Assembly (NCBI RefSeq): GCF_020745735.1
Contig: NC_083406.1
Span: 94,775,164-94,839,163, forward strand
Length of the DNA stretch: 64,000 nt
Direction of reading: 5' to 3'
Origin: Hemiscyllium ocellatum
Lineage: Eukaryota
Under the pieces are notes generated by a model. The model worked only from the letters and a program-made list of their open reading frames with translations. It ran no database searches and was not told the DNA's origin. The stretch's first letter is position 1; every line of letters begins with the position of its first letter. Of this stretch, positions 37,219 through 51,600 are shown in pieces. A program made the translations under genes and the position numbers.

Positions 37219-37400
37219 GCTGAAAATGTGTTGCTGGAAAAGCACAGCAGGTCAGGCAGCATCCAAGGAGCAGGAGAATCGATGTTTCGGGCATGAGCCC
37301 TTCTTCAGGAATGAGGAAGGTGTGCCAAGCAGGCTAAGATAAAAGGTAGGGAGGAGGGACTTGGGGGAGGGGCGTTGGAAATGTCCTCACTTTCTCCATT
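37219..37400 (-). mobile_element. Penelope-like terminal-repeat fragment
   Basis: Near-identical reverse complement of about 25463-25623; 10-bp TSD ATTGCATACA at 37209-37218 and 37401-37410. Confidence 0.88.
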
Positions 37401-39284
37401 ATTGCATACAATAAAGATTGAAGCTGGTACTATTAACAAAATATATTCTTACTGGATTATACACGTGAAATAAAGGACTATGGCAGGGCTTCACAAATTA
37501 TTTTCCAACTTGACTCAATTTTAACTCATCACGACCTTCTAAGGGCAATTAAAGAAGAGCAACAAATGACGACCTTGCCAGTGTTGTCCTCACACTGATT
37601 ATAAGAACTCTTGAAAATGAAGGTGACCCCAGCTATCAACAAAGCAAAACAAAACAGCAATAAAGCAACAATGTAACATTCAGTGTATAATTATTAAAGT
37701 TTGCATACCACATATGATATACGTATGGAAATCTGTATTTGAAGTAAATTGTAAAAATATTGTTTTACTTACACAGCTAGGCTTCAGAAAAGTTCTCTAT
37801 GTTCCCTGGTGACAGAAAATTCAGTGAGGCCCCTCCCCACACACATTGTAATCACTGCCCCAACTCACATACAGAATCCTCTTGTGAACTCTATTCCAAA
37901 ACCTTCCTCCCTCTTCCTGGGAACCCTTGGTGCTACTCCTCATGATGGGCCTGCAGAATGTCAGGTTCAGGAACTCAGGTTCTTCTCCCTGTTAGATCTT
38001 CTGAGGCCCAAGCAGTTTCCACCCCTTATACACCTCTGATCACTACAATTCTATTAAGCATCCAGTAGTAGATTGCACTGCTTTGGCTGTATTGGAGGCT
38101 ATTGCAGTCCAGGGAAAATGAAAGTCCATTAACAAAAAATCGCGACTCTGCTGCATATCAGAAATTTTTCATCCATGTTAATGAACAGTGGAGGAGGATT
38201 CAACAATTTACTCCTGTTCCTAATTCTCATGGTGTTATATTACCATCATTCTCTTAGTTCATTTCATAGATGAACTCAGACTGTAGTGCAGTGATTGTTC
38301 CATTGAAAATATACTAAAATCAAAATGGTACAACATATCATTTCGTGGACAGGACCATTGCAGCCTATGCATTATTTCTGCAGATGGAATAGGGATTTCC
38401 AGCAAACTTCAAGCAGAAAAAAAATACAGATATTTCCTTGAATAGTGGCAGAAATATAAAAATAACACTTATGCATCATAAATTCTTTTTGAAAATACAG
38501 TATGTATTTTGTATTTCAATATATGTTAATTTGTAATGGTGTTCATTCAACTTGGTACCGAGAAAAACACAAGATGCATTACAAAACAACATGAACCCAA
38601 TGAATTAATGTCCTGTTATTTCTGCCAGAGGTAAATATAATCAGATTAATTCTTCAGGGAAAGTGAAGAAAAAGTACATTTAACTAATGTCTGATCATCT
38701 GTTTTTATTTTGTAGATGACTTCATTGGTTAATTGGATCATAACATGTCAAAAACCATAATAGGGATATTAATGTCTTGCAGGCTTTGACTGGCTCTGAA
38801 ATGCTTGTTGAAAATATGAGTGAGCATGTCCGTAGCAGTTTCAAGGAGAAATTAGAGAATCGGCTCAAAGGACTTGATAATGAAAATGAGCCAGAACAAT
38901 GCACAACAAAAGACTGGTTATATTCTATTTTCAAAAATTCCTTGTGGGTATCTTTCTTCATGTTTGTGAGGAATATCAGTATTATGATTGAAATATCTTT
39001 GATGAGAGTTTCAAAGCATTTACAAATTAGACATAGTTGGTAAAGTTACTTCGATATACCCTAACGGTGAACACTAGATCACCATCTGCTCCACAATCAG
39101 AATATTTCATAACCAACTTAATTCTTAATTCTGGATGCTGGAAATCTGAAATAAAAACCAATTTGGCCTCCAGACTTTAACTGTTTCTCTCTCCACAGAG
39201 GCTGCCATACCTTTTGAGTTCCTCTAGTAATTTCTTGTTTTTTATTAATCCTTAAAGCCTCTGAGTTCAAAAAGGTGTCGTAGA

Positions 39285-39490
39285 AAGGAGGAGAGGAAAG
39301 GGGAAGGAAAGGAGTTGGCAAGAAGGAGAAAAGCATTAAGGAAAGGAGGATGGTAAGGAAGCATGAAGAATGAATGAAAGAGGGGATGAATGGAGATGGG
39401 GAGGAAGTTAAGGGAAAAGTGAAAAGAAAGACGGAAAGAAAGATGGAGACAAAAGAAAGGGAAGGAAAACAGGAAAAGGAGAGAGAAAAG
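39285..39490 (+). repeat. Purine-rich (GA) low-complexity tract
   Basis: Almost entirely A/G on the + strand. Confidence 0.8.
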
Positions 39491-41129
39491 CTACGTAACA
39501 TCTTTCATTAACTCAAGATGTCAAAAAGCATTTTACAACTAATGAAGTTATTTTGAAATGTAGTGAGATGTAGAAAATGTAGCATTCAATTGGCTGCCTC
39601 CTGGAATGGTCTATGCAATGATGCTTCTGTGCCTGCAGCATCACCTTCGCAAGATTATTTTGTGGTAGCAGAAAAACATTCCTGTTCCTGCTTAACAAAA
39701 ATAATTCTAATTATACCACTCATCAAATCAATACAAGTAGCCACAACAGACCATATACTCAACTAGCATGCAAAAGGTCTGTTGGAAACCTATGTAAATC
39801 ATAGGAACACTAACCGAACCCTAACAAAATTAGTTTTGCCATAAGCAGGTGGAGGCTCTCATGCAGACTAGACATGCCAGGAAATAGCACAGACCATCAT
39901 CTTGCAAAACGAGCTGTGCTCTTTTTTTCTAGTGGATTCTGTTGCTTTCAATTTAAAACTCGACTAGCCAGTGAGAGATGAAAATGTGGTCAGTGTATCA
40001 GTTATAAATGAGTTAGGCTTCTGAGTAAAGCAATCAGAAGGAAAAGGAAATATTAAAATGAAAGAGAATAATCTGTTTTTATACCTCTATCAGCAATTTG
40101 TTTTTTCACATTTCTTTCCCTTCTCCTATAATTTCATGTTCGTTTTTAAGCAATTATCAGGTCATTTAAGTACCATTCTTTGGTTGCAGATGTGTTTCTT
40201 TGCTGTCGTTATACCCCCTGTTGTTTTCTGATTCTATCTAAATGCTTATCTTTTTTTTATTAGATTCCAACTGGTTTGCAGCATATAGCCCATCTATTTT
40301 TGACTCTTATATAATCCTTTGACGCATATGATTATTACTACAATGGCTTGTCCAGGGTTAAGTTCAATAGAATGCTCAGCAAGGAACTCTGGAGCAAGCA
40401 TTAGGATGGAGAATATTTGGCTAAAACTAAGCTTCGCTTTAAGAAATAATGGATTAACACCTGGCTAAGTCTGCTAACAATATGGTGCCAAAGGGATTCA
40501 TTAATTATGATCAATTAAGTGTGAAATATTGATGAAAAATGAGTTCTAGGATTAATGTAAGCAACTGAAAATAATTAATGCCTGCATCTGCTGTGATATG
40601 CAATTTATGCAAAATCTGTTCATACTACTTGTACACAGAAGTTTGAAGCAACTACATGGATGATTCACACATCTTAAAACATCCAGGAAAATAATTTGAG
40701 GAAATAATTTGGAGTCAAGCTATTATGAATTGAATGCTTGGTAATATTTATAAAGAATATAAAGTCTTTGTTGGATGATCACACTGGCTTTTGTGGAAAG
40801 CAGGAGTATTTTTAACATGTTGGGTAATCATTTCTTGACCTACAGCATTATATCAAATAATCATCACACTGTATTCACTCAAATGGAGTCTATAAGCAGA
40901 ACATCTATGGAATAGAAAATACCTTAAGAATATAAGAATGCTCCTGAGAATTTGCCTGACAATGATAACCGTACCACCATTCTCACTGACACATGGTTTG
41001 TATTTTATACTTCACCTAATGCATTCCTATGGCAGATAGGTACAAGCCAATAAGACCTGAAAAGCTGTTCATATGGAATAGACTACATAACTGGGCTGTT
41101 AAAAGTGGGCTTTAAACAGACAAAGGGTA

Positions 41130-41690
41130 GTGAGTGGAATTCAATCCAGATAAATGTCAGGTGATGCACTTGGGCAGGACGATTAAGGGAAGGGAATACA
41201 TGATGAATGGGAGGACCCTGGAAACCAGAAAGGAAGAGAGAGGGGAAAAAAAGTTCAGGATACTAAAAATCCAAAACAAAATCAGAAATTGCTTCAAGAA
41301 GGATCAGAGGGATCTTGATATACATCTACACTGGTCTTTTAAGGTATTAGGACAGATGAATAAAATGGTTAAGAATATATATGGAATACTTGCCTTTATT
41401 AGTCAAAGCACCGAGTTTAAGCCAGCACTAGAGAGAGGAAATTTATCAGCATGTTGCCTGGGTTGGAGAGTTTCAGTTATGAAGACAGATCAAACTGACT
41501 GGAGTTGCTCTTCTTACAGTAGAGAAGATTGAGAAGAGATATGATTTGAGATGGATAAAATGATGAGATGCGGAGATAGGTTAAACAGGAAGAAACTTTT
41601 CCCCTTGACAAAGGCATCAATGACCAGGGAGCATAGATTTAAGGTAAGAGACAAAAGGTTTTGAGGTGATGTGAGGAAAAACATTTTTGC
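41130..41690 (+). mobile_element. CR1 LINE fragment
   Basis: EFNPDKCQVMHLGR...YGILAFISQ. Confidence 0.8.
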
Positions 41691-42794
41691 TTTCCATCAC
41701 TTTACTTATGACTGAGAAGAAACTGATATGGCATTGGCTGGAATGGATTTGTGTGTGTACAGGACATTCCTGGGTGATTTTCCACAGTCAGATACATGTT
41801 AAGGTTATAGCTTGGTAAGGAGAGCAACAAGGTCTGGAGCACAATGTTTCAGCAACAGCACTGAAAACTTATCGGGGCTCATAGACTTTACATATTCAGT
41901 GCCTCCACTTGATCCAGATATTACATGGAATGAATCAAATTGGCTGATGAAGCAGCCCCTGGGAGGATGCTGGGATGGAATCAAGGACACTATCAACATT
42001 AGAGTCAACTCCCGTTAAATTCATGGTCAGAAGCTAAAGTTGGAGAGGAAATCTTAATGACAGTAGCATGTTGGTTATGGCTGAGATGTAGATGTAAACT
42101 CATCAGCCTCTCGTTGACACCCAGAGGGAGTTTAGAGAACAAAGCAAAGATCCTGGTCTTCATAGCAAAGCTGACTCTGAGAATGCAGGGGTCACAGTCT
42201 AACTTCCCTTTCTAGAAGAAGGTATACTCTCCGTCTGCCTTCCTCATCTGCCCCTCCCCAATGAACTAGATTTTGCTAAGAGCAGTGATGTGGATTTTGT
42301 GTCTTGCTAGTGCTTGGACACAAGGACTGTAATCTCACTGGGTACAATTTCCATGCCCTGTAAGTGGACAGGCACCTTTTCTAGTCACTTCTCCTTTCAG
42401 GGTGAGCATAGGATATCCTAAAAAGGTCTTGCTCATTCACTGAAACAGGTCCTGGAAGGTTCCCCTGTCTCAACACAGGTGCCCAATGACCATCATGCAT
42501 CCACTGTTGTCTGTGTGCCCCCCAGATATCACAGCCTTGCCCCTGTCAACAATCCACCTTCACTACAGGACTTCATGTGATGGCTTGTATTGGACATTGG
42601 TTACAGTGAAGATTTAAGTGCACAGTTGGGTTCTGCATAATCTTAGCAGTTGATGGCTATCATAGACCAGGCCAGACCCCCTAAAAACATTTCAAGAAAG
42701 TAACCCAGACCCTAACTTGGCTGGTTGTTTTAAGCAGGTGTGAGGTGGATTATCCAGGAGGGATGTAATGCAGCTGGTCAAACCACTTAGTTTT

Positions 42795-44935
42795 ATATCT
42801 TTCCCCTCTCACCCTAAACCTATGCCCTCTAGTTCAGGACTCACCCACCCCAGGGAAAAGACTTTGTCTATTTATCCTATCCATGCCCCTCATGATTTTA
42901 TAAACCTCTATAAGGTCACCCCTCAGCCTCGGACGCTCCAGGGCAAACAGCCCTAGCCTATTCAATCTCTCCCTATAACTCAAATCCTCCAACTCTGGTA
43001 ACTCTGGTAACCCTTGTAAATATTTTCTGAACACTTTCAAGTTTCACAACATCTTTCCGTTAGGAAGACCAGAAATGCACACAATATTCCATCAGTGGCC
43101 TAACCAATGTCCTGTACAGCCGCAACATGATCTCCCAACTCCTGTACTTAATACTCTGACCAATAAAGGAAAGCATACCAAACATCTTCTTCACTATCCT
43201 ATCTACCTGTGACTCCACTTTCAAGGAGCTATGAACCTGCATTCCAAAGTCTCTTTGTTCAGCAACACTCCCCAGGACCTTACCATTAAGTGTATAAGTC
43301 CTGCTAAGATTTGCTTTCCCAAAATGCAGCACTTCACATTTATTGAAATTAAACTCCACCTGCCACTTCTCAGCCCATTGGCCCATCTGATCAAGATCCT
43401 GTTGTAATCTGAGATAACCTTTTTCCCTGTCCACCACACCTCCAATTTTGGTGTCATCAGCAAACTTACTAAATTTACCTCTTATGCTCACATCCAAATC
43501 ATTTCTATAAATGATGAAAAGTGGAGGGCCCAGCACCGATCCTTATGGCACTCCACTGGTCACAGGCCTCCAGTCTGAAAAACAAACCTCCATCACCACC
43601 CTCTGTCTTCTACCTTTAAGCCAGTTCTGTTTCCAAATGGCGAGTTCTCTCTGTATTCCATGAGATCTAACTTGCTAACCAGTCTCCCACGTGGAACCTT
43701 GTTGAATGACTTATTGAAGTCCATATAGATCACGTCCATCGTTCTAGCCTCATCAATTCTCTTTGTTACTTTTTCAAAAACCTCAATCAAGTTTGTGAGA
43801 CATGGTTTCCCATGCACAAAGCCATGTTAACTATCCTTAATCAGTCCTTGCCTTTCCAAATATTTGTACATCACGTCCCTCAGGATTCCCTCCAACAGCG
43901 TGCCCACCACCGATGTCAGGCTCACTGGTCTATAGTTCCCTGGCTTTCCTTACCACCTTTCTTAAACAGTGGCACCACGTTAGCCAACCTCCAGTCTTCC
44001 GGCACCTCACCTGTGACTATCAATGATACACGTATCTTAGTAAGAGGCCCAGCAATCACTTCCCTAGCTTCCCACAGAGTTCCAGGGTACAACTAATCAG
44101 GTCCTGGGGATTTATCCACTTTTATGCGTTTTAAGACAACCAGCACCTCCTCCTCTGTAATATGGACATTTTTCAAGATGTCTCTGTGTATTTCTGTACT
44201 TTCTGTATCTTTCACGTCCTTTCCACAGTAAGCACTGATGCAAAATACTCGTTTAGTATCTCTCCCATCTCCTGTGGCTCCACACAAAGACCGCCTTGCT
44301 GATCTTTGAGGGACCCTATTCTCTCGCTGAATGTCTTTAATGTATTTGTCCTTAATGTATTTATAAAAACCCTTTGGATTCTCCTTAACCCTATTTGCCA
44401 AAGCTATCTCATGGCCCCTTTTTTCCCTCCTGAGTTCTCTCTTATGTATACTCCTACTGCCTTTATTCTAAGGATTAGAATACTCTTCTAAGGATTCACT
44501 CAATCTATCCTGTCTATACCTGACATATGCTTTCTTCTTTTTCTTAATCAAACCCTCAATTTCTTTAGTCATCCAGCATTCCCTATACTTAGTAGCCTTT
44601 CCTTTCACCCTAACAGGAATATACTTTCTCTGGACTCTTGTTGTCTCATTTCTGAAGGCTTCCCATTTCCCAGCCATCCCTTTACCTGCAAACATTTGTG
44701 CCCAATCAGCTTTTGAAAGTTCATGCCAAATACCGTCAAAATTGGCCTTTCTCCAATTTAGAACTTCAACTTTTAGATCTGGTCTATCCTTTTCCATCAC
44801 TATTTTAAAAGGAATAGATTTATGGTCGCTGGCCCCAAAGTGCTCCCCCACTGACACCTCAGTCATCTGCCCTGCCTTATTTCCCAAGAGTAGGTCAAGT
44901 TTTGCGCCTTCTTGATTGGTACATCCACATACTGA
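42795..44935 (-). mobile_element. CR1 (HER1-like) LINE, relatively young, about 2.1 kb
   Basis: Consecutive minus ORFs: LDLLLGN...SDH, KSPGPD, CLTNLIE, LGPPLFIIY..DLD..KFADDTKIGG, RLRGDLIEVYKIMRG. Confidence 0.92.
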
Positions 44936-45834
44936 ATCAGTACATGTGTTTTTTTTAAACTTGAAAGCATTCTCAGGTAGATCAACCCCAGGTATTTCAA
45001 AGTCTAGGTCTTTATGACATAATGAAAGAGAAACCAAGAACAACCTAACCTTGTTAAAGGAGCATCATCATCACAATGGCTGAATTCAGCAGCAAGGCAA
45101 ACCTTGAGAACTGGGCCACACCCACACTACAGCCTTCTTCTACCTTCACATTCTGTTTGGTCACAGCCTTGCTCCGCTGTTGAGGACTTCTTGACTTTTT
45201 CTTTGCTGGAACTAGCTCCTCGGCCTTGTTACCATGGGGGAGCTTGCATGAATGCATAGCGAAGATCATTGGAATAAACTGACAGACAACCATGGTGAGA
45301 AAATAGCAAAAATAAAACTTACAGTATGTTAAATCTCATGTCCTTTACAAAAGGAAATTGAATATCCTTCCATAGTCTGGCCTAAGTGTGAATCCAAATC
45401 CACAGCAATGTGATTCACTCTTTACTTCCCTCTGGGCATTAATGGAAGGGTACACCAGGTCTGGCATGTCAACCTTACCCAGGTGTTATAAACACGTTTT
45501 TAAAAAGCTAAGTTTCATTTTGGGATCTAACTTGTGCAGTGTTATGACCATCTGTAATTATAACAACCTTCCCTGTGTTACTGGCAATCACAAGCCAGTT
45601 GGCCACAATACAGTAACAAAAGCCAGTATGTCATAAAGTCAAAGGTTGCCACTGTTCTAACAAACGTTAAGCCTGCTTTTTTCATTAGAGAAAATGGCAA
45701 CAAAATCTGAGACAGGAGAGTTATGCCTCATAGTCTGTTCCCACTCTGACATGAAAATCCCCCCGCTAGATAAAGTGTTCTGAATTAAGGTTTCTGCTGA
45801 TGGCAATGTCATGCTCTCAAAGAATTGACTTTTC

Positions 45835-48480
45835 ACCTTTAACATTGACATCACTGCTCTGAGCTAAATATAACTGGCAAGAGAAGGCCAACTTAAAGAG
45901 CAAGGTGATGGTTCACCTTCTTTTGGAAAAGCAAACCTGAGAAAGAATAAGAATGTGGATTTGGGTTTGCCTCAACAAACAAACTGGTTGGACATCCCAA
46001 CAAATCCCCCTTTGGGATAAGTGACAGACTCAGGATCCTATGGCTCACATTGGTCCAAAAGCAGCACATCATAATTATCAGTGTCTACAACTGAACCCTC
46101 GATGCAACAGATGAGTCAAAAGAGGCATTTGACACTAACCTTGAACAATTACTGTCCCACATCCGCAAAGGAGACAAGTGCATTCTCCTCAGTGACTTTA
46201 ATACAAGAGTCAGGAGGGATGCAAACCTTTGGAAAGGCATGTGAGGCAAGGTGGCGTAGGGAAGACAAACTCTAATGATGGAGTCCTCCTCCTGATGAAG
46301 TGCCTAAGACATGGCTTCATCATAATGAATACCTCTTCCGTCAGAGGAACAAGCACAACACCTCATTACAACACCCCTGCACTGGCACCTAATAGACTAC
46401 ATCATGGTTCAATTGAGACACTGCACAGATGTCCACATCAACTGTTCAATGACTGGAGTCAACAACTGCTGGACCAACCACTGATTAATCCATTCTACTA
46501 CCTCCACCGACATGGTCCCAAACCAGCAAAAGTAGAAAGAACTTTGCTGCAGGAGACTCAATGTTGCTGGCAGAAAGACCCAGAGAGGAAAGTCCTACTC
46601 AGGGTAGGTCTCATTGCCTCACAGCCAATCAGGCAACAACCAATGTGCCAGAGCCGAAGAGTATCCACAGAACCTGGTCCATAATAATAATCACCAGAAT
46701 CAGCACCTGTGCGAAGACGCTGAGCCTCTCAACCAAGAAACATCAAGACTGGATCATCGAGAATGATCAGGAGATCCAGGATCCCACAGACCATAAAATG
46801 TAAGGTGTTTCTAAACTCGTAGCTCCACCAAAGCCTGAACAAGAAAAAGCAAGCCTACAGAGAACTGAAAGCAAAGATGCAACAAGGAACCTGTGACCAG
46901 AAGAATAGATGGTGTGTTGAAAGACACAGGATACTCAGCAACTCACCAACAACTATGATGTACTTTGCTTCTTCAGCACAATCAAAGCCATCTATGGTCA
47001 GAGTACCAAAGGACCTACTCCACTGAAAGCCAAAAATGAGAGTCGCTCAAAGACTTAGAAGTAATCTAGACGCTGGAGAGCACTTCAAGGAGGTCAGTGT
47101 GGACTTCTTGGGCTGAAGGGCCTGTTTCCACGCTGTAAGTAATCTAATCTAATCTATAAACCTTATTGAATGTATTGATTATGGTTTGTAGGTCGCGTGT
47201 GTATACATGCATTAGTGGTATACTGAAGTTCAATGACAGAAGTTGGGGTGGTCATGGTACTGGCCTGGAGGCAATGGAGGTTGGACAGTTTCCTCTTGTA
47301 CTGTAGGTTAGCTCCAATCTGCCTGGGAGTTACCTGGAGATAGGGTGGAGTTTTGGAGCAAAGAAGATGGTTAGTGCAATGATGCATGCTGTTTGACATC
47401 AATTTGCATTCATACCGTACTGGTTCTGTGGTAGATCCAGAGGTGAGGATCATGGCTTGCATATTATTGTGAAGCAGGTGGAGAATGGTGATGAATTTTT
47501 ATAGGTGGCTGAATTTGAAGAGCCACTCTGAAGAACAACCCACCCAGACCCATTCCCCTACATTTACCCCCTTCACCTAACACTACAGGCAATTTAGCAT
47601 GGCCAATTCACCTAACCTGCACATTTTTGGACTGTGGGAGGAAACCGGAGCACCCGGAGGAAACTCACGCAGACATGGGGAAAATGTGCAAATTCCACAC
47701 AGTTAGTCGCCTGAGGCTGGAATTGAACCCGGGTTTCTGGCTAACCACTGTGCCACCCTTAGGATGGCTAAGAAGGTATTTATGAGAGAATTGATGATGA
47801 AATCCAACACTGATTCCAGTGCAGCACTGTAGACTTTGGAAACCTGAGGAACATTGTGTTCAAAATTCAAGAGTTGAAACACATCACCAAGCTCATGGCC
47901 TACAGAGCAATTATAGACCCCAACCCACTGTATGCATCAGAAGCATGGACCTTATGCACCAGCAACCTCTATCACTGGAGAGTTATCATAAGTGCTGCCT
48001 TCACAAAATCCTGCAAAGCCATTGGCAGGATAGGTGTACCAATATGAGCGTCATTTCCTGGGACAATATCCCTAGTATTGAATCACTGGTCACACACCAC
48101 CAGTTGCGATGGTTGGACACATTGTTGGTATGCTAAAATAAGTCTCCTGAAACAAATGCTCTATTCCAGGCTGAACAATATTAAGTAATCACTAGGACGG
48201 CAGAGGAAATGCTACAAGGACATTCTGAATGCCTCCCTAAATAAATGAAAGATCCCCACCAACATGTGGGAATCACTTGCCCTAGGAAGCACAAACTGGA
48301 GAAGATGCACCTGTGAAGACACTAACCACTTTAAACTTCACCGAGTGGAAGACATGGAGGCCAAGTGCAAACAGCAGAAAGAATGCACACACTCAGCTGG
48401 TTTCCACCCACTGACCTCATCAAACACCACCTCCCCAACCTGTGGCAGAGTCTGAGGCTCCAGGATAGGTTGATTCATCT
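45835..48480 (+). mobile_element. RTE-clade LINE, degraded, with an internal inversion and a SINE insertion
   Basis: NIDITALS..EGQLKEQG, DFN.RV, GVGKTNS, HLIDYI, KHQDW..END; C-terminus TKLMAYRAI..LYASEAWT, QLRW, WESLA..W, PTCGR. Confidence 0.85.
47525..47758 (-). mobile_element. HE1-type V-SINE body; its tail is displaced to 47093-47156 on the + strand
   Basis: Head and V-domain are on the minus strand; the missing tail is found inverted about 400 bp to the left. Confidence 0.85.
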
Positions 48481-48614
48481 ACAACAGAAGCTACCCCAGC
48501 AGAATTGAAGCAAGTCAGCCTTGACCCAGAGGGAAAATCAAAGGAGGAACAGGAGGGAGTGGTGTAAAATTCACTATTCATTCAATATTAGAATGAGGTT
48601 TCTCAGGATCTTTT

Positions 48615-51600
48615 TTTTAATTCACTCATGGGACTTGGGCATTGCTGGTTGGGCAGCATTTATAGTCCATCCCCAGTTGTTCTTGAGAAGGTGGTGATGA
48701 ACTTCCTTCTTGAACAAGTTCATATGTGGTAGGCTAACAAGCAATTCTCCAAGGAAGGTAATTCTAGGATTTTGACCTAGAGACAGTGAAAGAATGGCAA
48801 TACAAGTCAGGATGGTGAGTGGCTTTGAAGGGAGCTTGCACGCGGTTGTGTTCCCATCCACCTGTTGCACGTGTCCTTTGAGGTGGAAGTCATCGTGGGT
48901 TTAGAAGGTGTTGTCTAAGGATCTTCAGTGGATTTCTGCAGTGCATCTTGTAGACAATATATATTGCTGCTGTTGAACATCAGTGGTGAAGGGTGAAGAC
49001 ACTTACGGTGGTGCCAATCAAGTGGGCTGCTTTGTCATAAAATCATAGAGATGTGCAGCATGGAAACAAGACTCTTTGGGCCAACTTGTCCATGCCGACC
49101 CAATATTCCATATTAATCTAGTCCCATTTGGTAGCATTTGGCCCATTCCCTCTAAATCCATCCTATTCATATACCCAACCAAATGCATTTTAAATGTTGT
49201 AATTGTATCAGCCTCTACAATCTCCTCTGGCAGCTTATTCCATACATGCACCACTCTCTCTATGAAACAGTTGCACCTCAGGTCCCTTTTAAATCTTTCC
49301 CCTCTCAACCTATACCCTGTAGTTTTAGACTCCCCTACCCTGGGGATAAACCTTGAATACTCACCCTATCCATGCCCGTCATGATTTTATAAAATTCTAT
49401 AAGGTCATCCCACAGCCTTCAATACTCCAGGGAAAATAGCCCCTATTCAACCTCTTCCTATAGCTCAAAGCCTCCATCCTTGGCAACATTCTTGTAAATC
49501 TTTTCTGAACCCTTTCATTTTAACAACATCTTTCCTATTGCAGGGACACCAGAATTGAATGCTGTATCTAAAAGTGGCCTAACCAATTTCCTGTACAGCC
49601 ACAACATGATCTTCCTACGCTCAATGCGCTGACCAGTAAAGGCAAGAATACCAAATTCCTCTAACACCACCCTGTCTACCTACAACTCCACTTTCAAGGA
49701 GCTATGAACCTGCACCCAGAGGTCTTTTTATTAGGCAACACTTCCTAAGGCCTTACCATTAAAAGTTGTGCCTTAATTTGATTTACCAAAATGCAGTATC
49801 TCATATTTATCTAAATTAAACTCCATCTGCCACTCCTTGGCCCATTTGCCCAATGATTAAGGTCCCATTGACTCTGTGGTAACCTTCCTTGCTGTCCACT
49901 ATACCACCAATATTGGTGTCATCAGCAAACTTATTAACCATTCCTCTATGTTCACATCCAAATCATTTATATAAATGATAAAAAGCAATTGACTCAGCAC
50001 CAATCCTTGCAGCACACCACTGGTCACAGGCCTCCAGTCTGAAAAGCAACTCTCCACCATCACCCTCTATCTCCTACTTTAGATCAAATTTTGTATCCAA
50101 ATGGCTAGATCTCCCTGTTTTCCACACGATCTAACCTGGCTAACCAATATACCATGTAAAATCTTGTCAAGCACCAAGTCCATATAGACGATGTCCACTA
50201 CTCTGCCTTCATCAATTTTCATCATTTCTTCAAAAAAAACTCAATCAGGTTAGCCAGCCCTGGATGGTGACAAGTTTCTTGAGTGTTGTTGGAACTGCAT
50301 CCATTGAGTCAAGTGGGGAGTATTCCATTACGTTCCTGACTTTTAGATGGTGGACATGCTTTGGAGAGTTAGGAAAACGTGAGGACTGCAGATGCTGGAG
50401 ATTAGAGTCAAGATTAGAGTGGTGCTGGAAATGCATAGCAGATCAGGCAGCATCTGAGCAGGAGGAATATAGATGTTTCAGGCAGGAGTCCTTCATCAAG
50501 AATGAGAATCAGGAATTTTCCTGCTCCTCAGATGCTGCCTGACCTGCTGTACATTCCCAGCACCACTCTAATCTTGACTCTAATCTTCGGGAGTTAGGAG
50601 GTGAGTGATTCGCCGCAGTATTACTAGCCCCTGACTTGCTCTTGTGGCTACTGTGTTTATGTAGTGCGTCTAGTTGGGTTTCTGATCAATGGTAACATCA
50701 AGAATGTTGATAGTGGGAATTCAGTGATGGTAATTGGCATTGAATGTCATGGGGTAGTATTACACTGTCTCTTACTGGAGATGGTCATAGCCTGGCATTT
50801 ATGATGTTTACCACTTGTCAGCCCAAGCCTGGATATTTTCTAGATCTTATTGCAGTTGAACATGAAATGCTTCAGTATCTGAGGAGTCATAAATGGTGCT
50901 GAACATTGTTTGCCATTGATTGCACATCACTACTTCTAACTTTTTAATAGAGGAAAGTTTATTGGTGAAGCAGAAGACGGTTGAGCCTAAGACACGACTT
51001 GAAGAATTCCAACAGAAATTTCCTGGAGCTGAGATGACTGACCTCCAACTACAACTGTCTTCCTATATGGCAGGTATGCTCCAACCAGCTTGCACCCATT
51101 ACCATTGATTCCAGTTTTGCTCGGGCTCCTTAGTGGCACACTTGACCGAATGCAGCTGTGACGTCAAAGGCATATTACTCTCACCCCATCTCTGGAACTC
51201 AGCTGTTTTGTCCATGTTTGAATCAAGGCTATAATGAGGTCAGGAACTGAGTGACCCTGACAGAACCCAAACTTGGCATCATTGTGCAGGTCATTGCTAA
51301 GCAGGTGTTGCTTGATAGCACTATTGATAACACCTTCCACCACTTTACTAATGCTTGAGAATAGACCGATGGTGCGATAATTTGCCGGGTTGGATTTGTC
51401 CTGCATTTTGTATAATGGATACACCTGGACAATTTTCCACGTTGTCTGGTAGATGCTAGTTTTCTAGCTGTGCTGGAATAGCTTGGCTAGGAGAACGCAA
51501 GTTGCTGGAATGTTGTTAATGCCGATAGCCTTTGCAGTATCCAATGCCTCTGACTGTTTTTTTCAAAAATATGATGCAGAATTAATAGAGTTGGCTGAAG

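Noticed and set aside
39118-39501. Hydrophobic F/L/S-rich 127-aa ORF
   Set aside because: It arises from the complement of a GA-rich low-complexity tract.
45060-45294. Exon-like segment ending in ATG|GTGAGA
   Set aside because: All three + frames contain stops and no product is recognisable.
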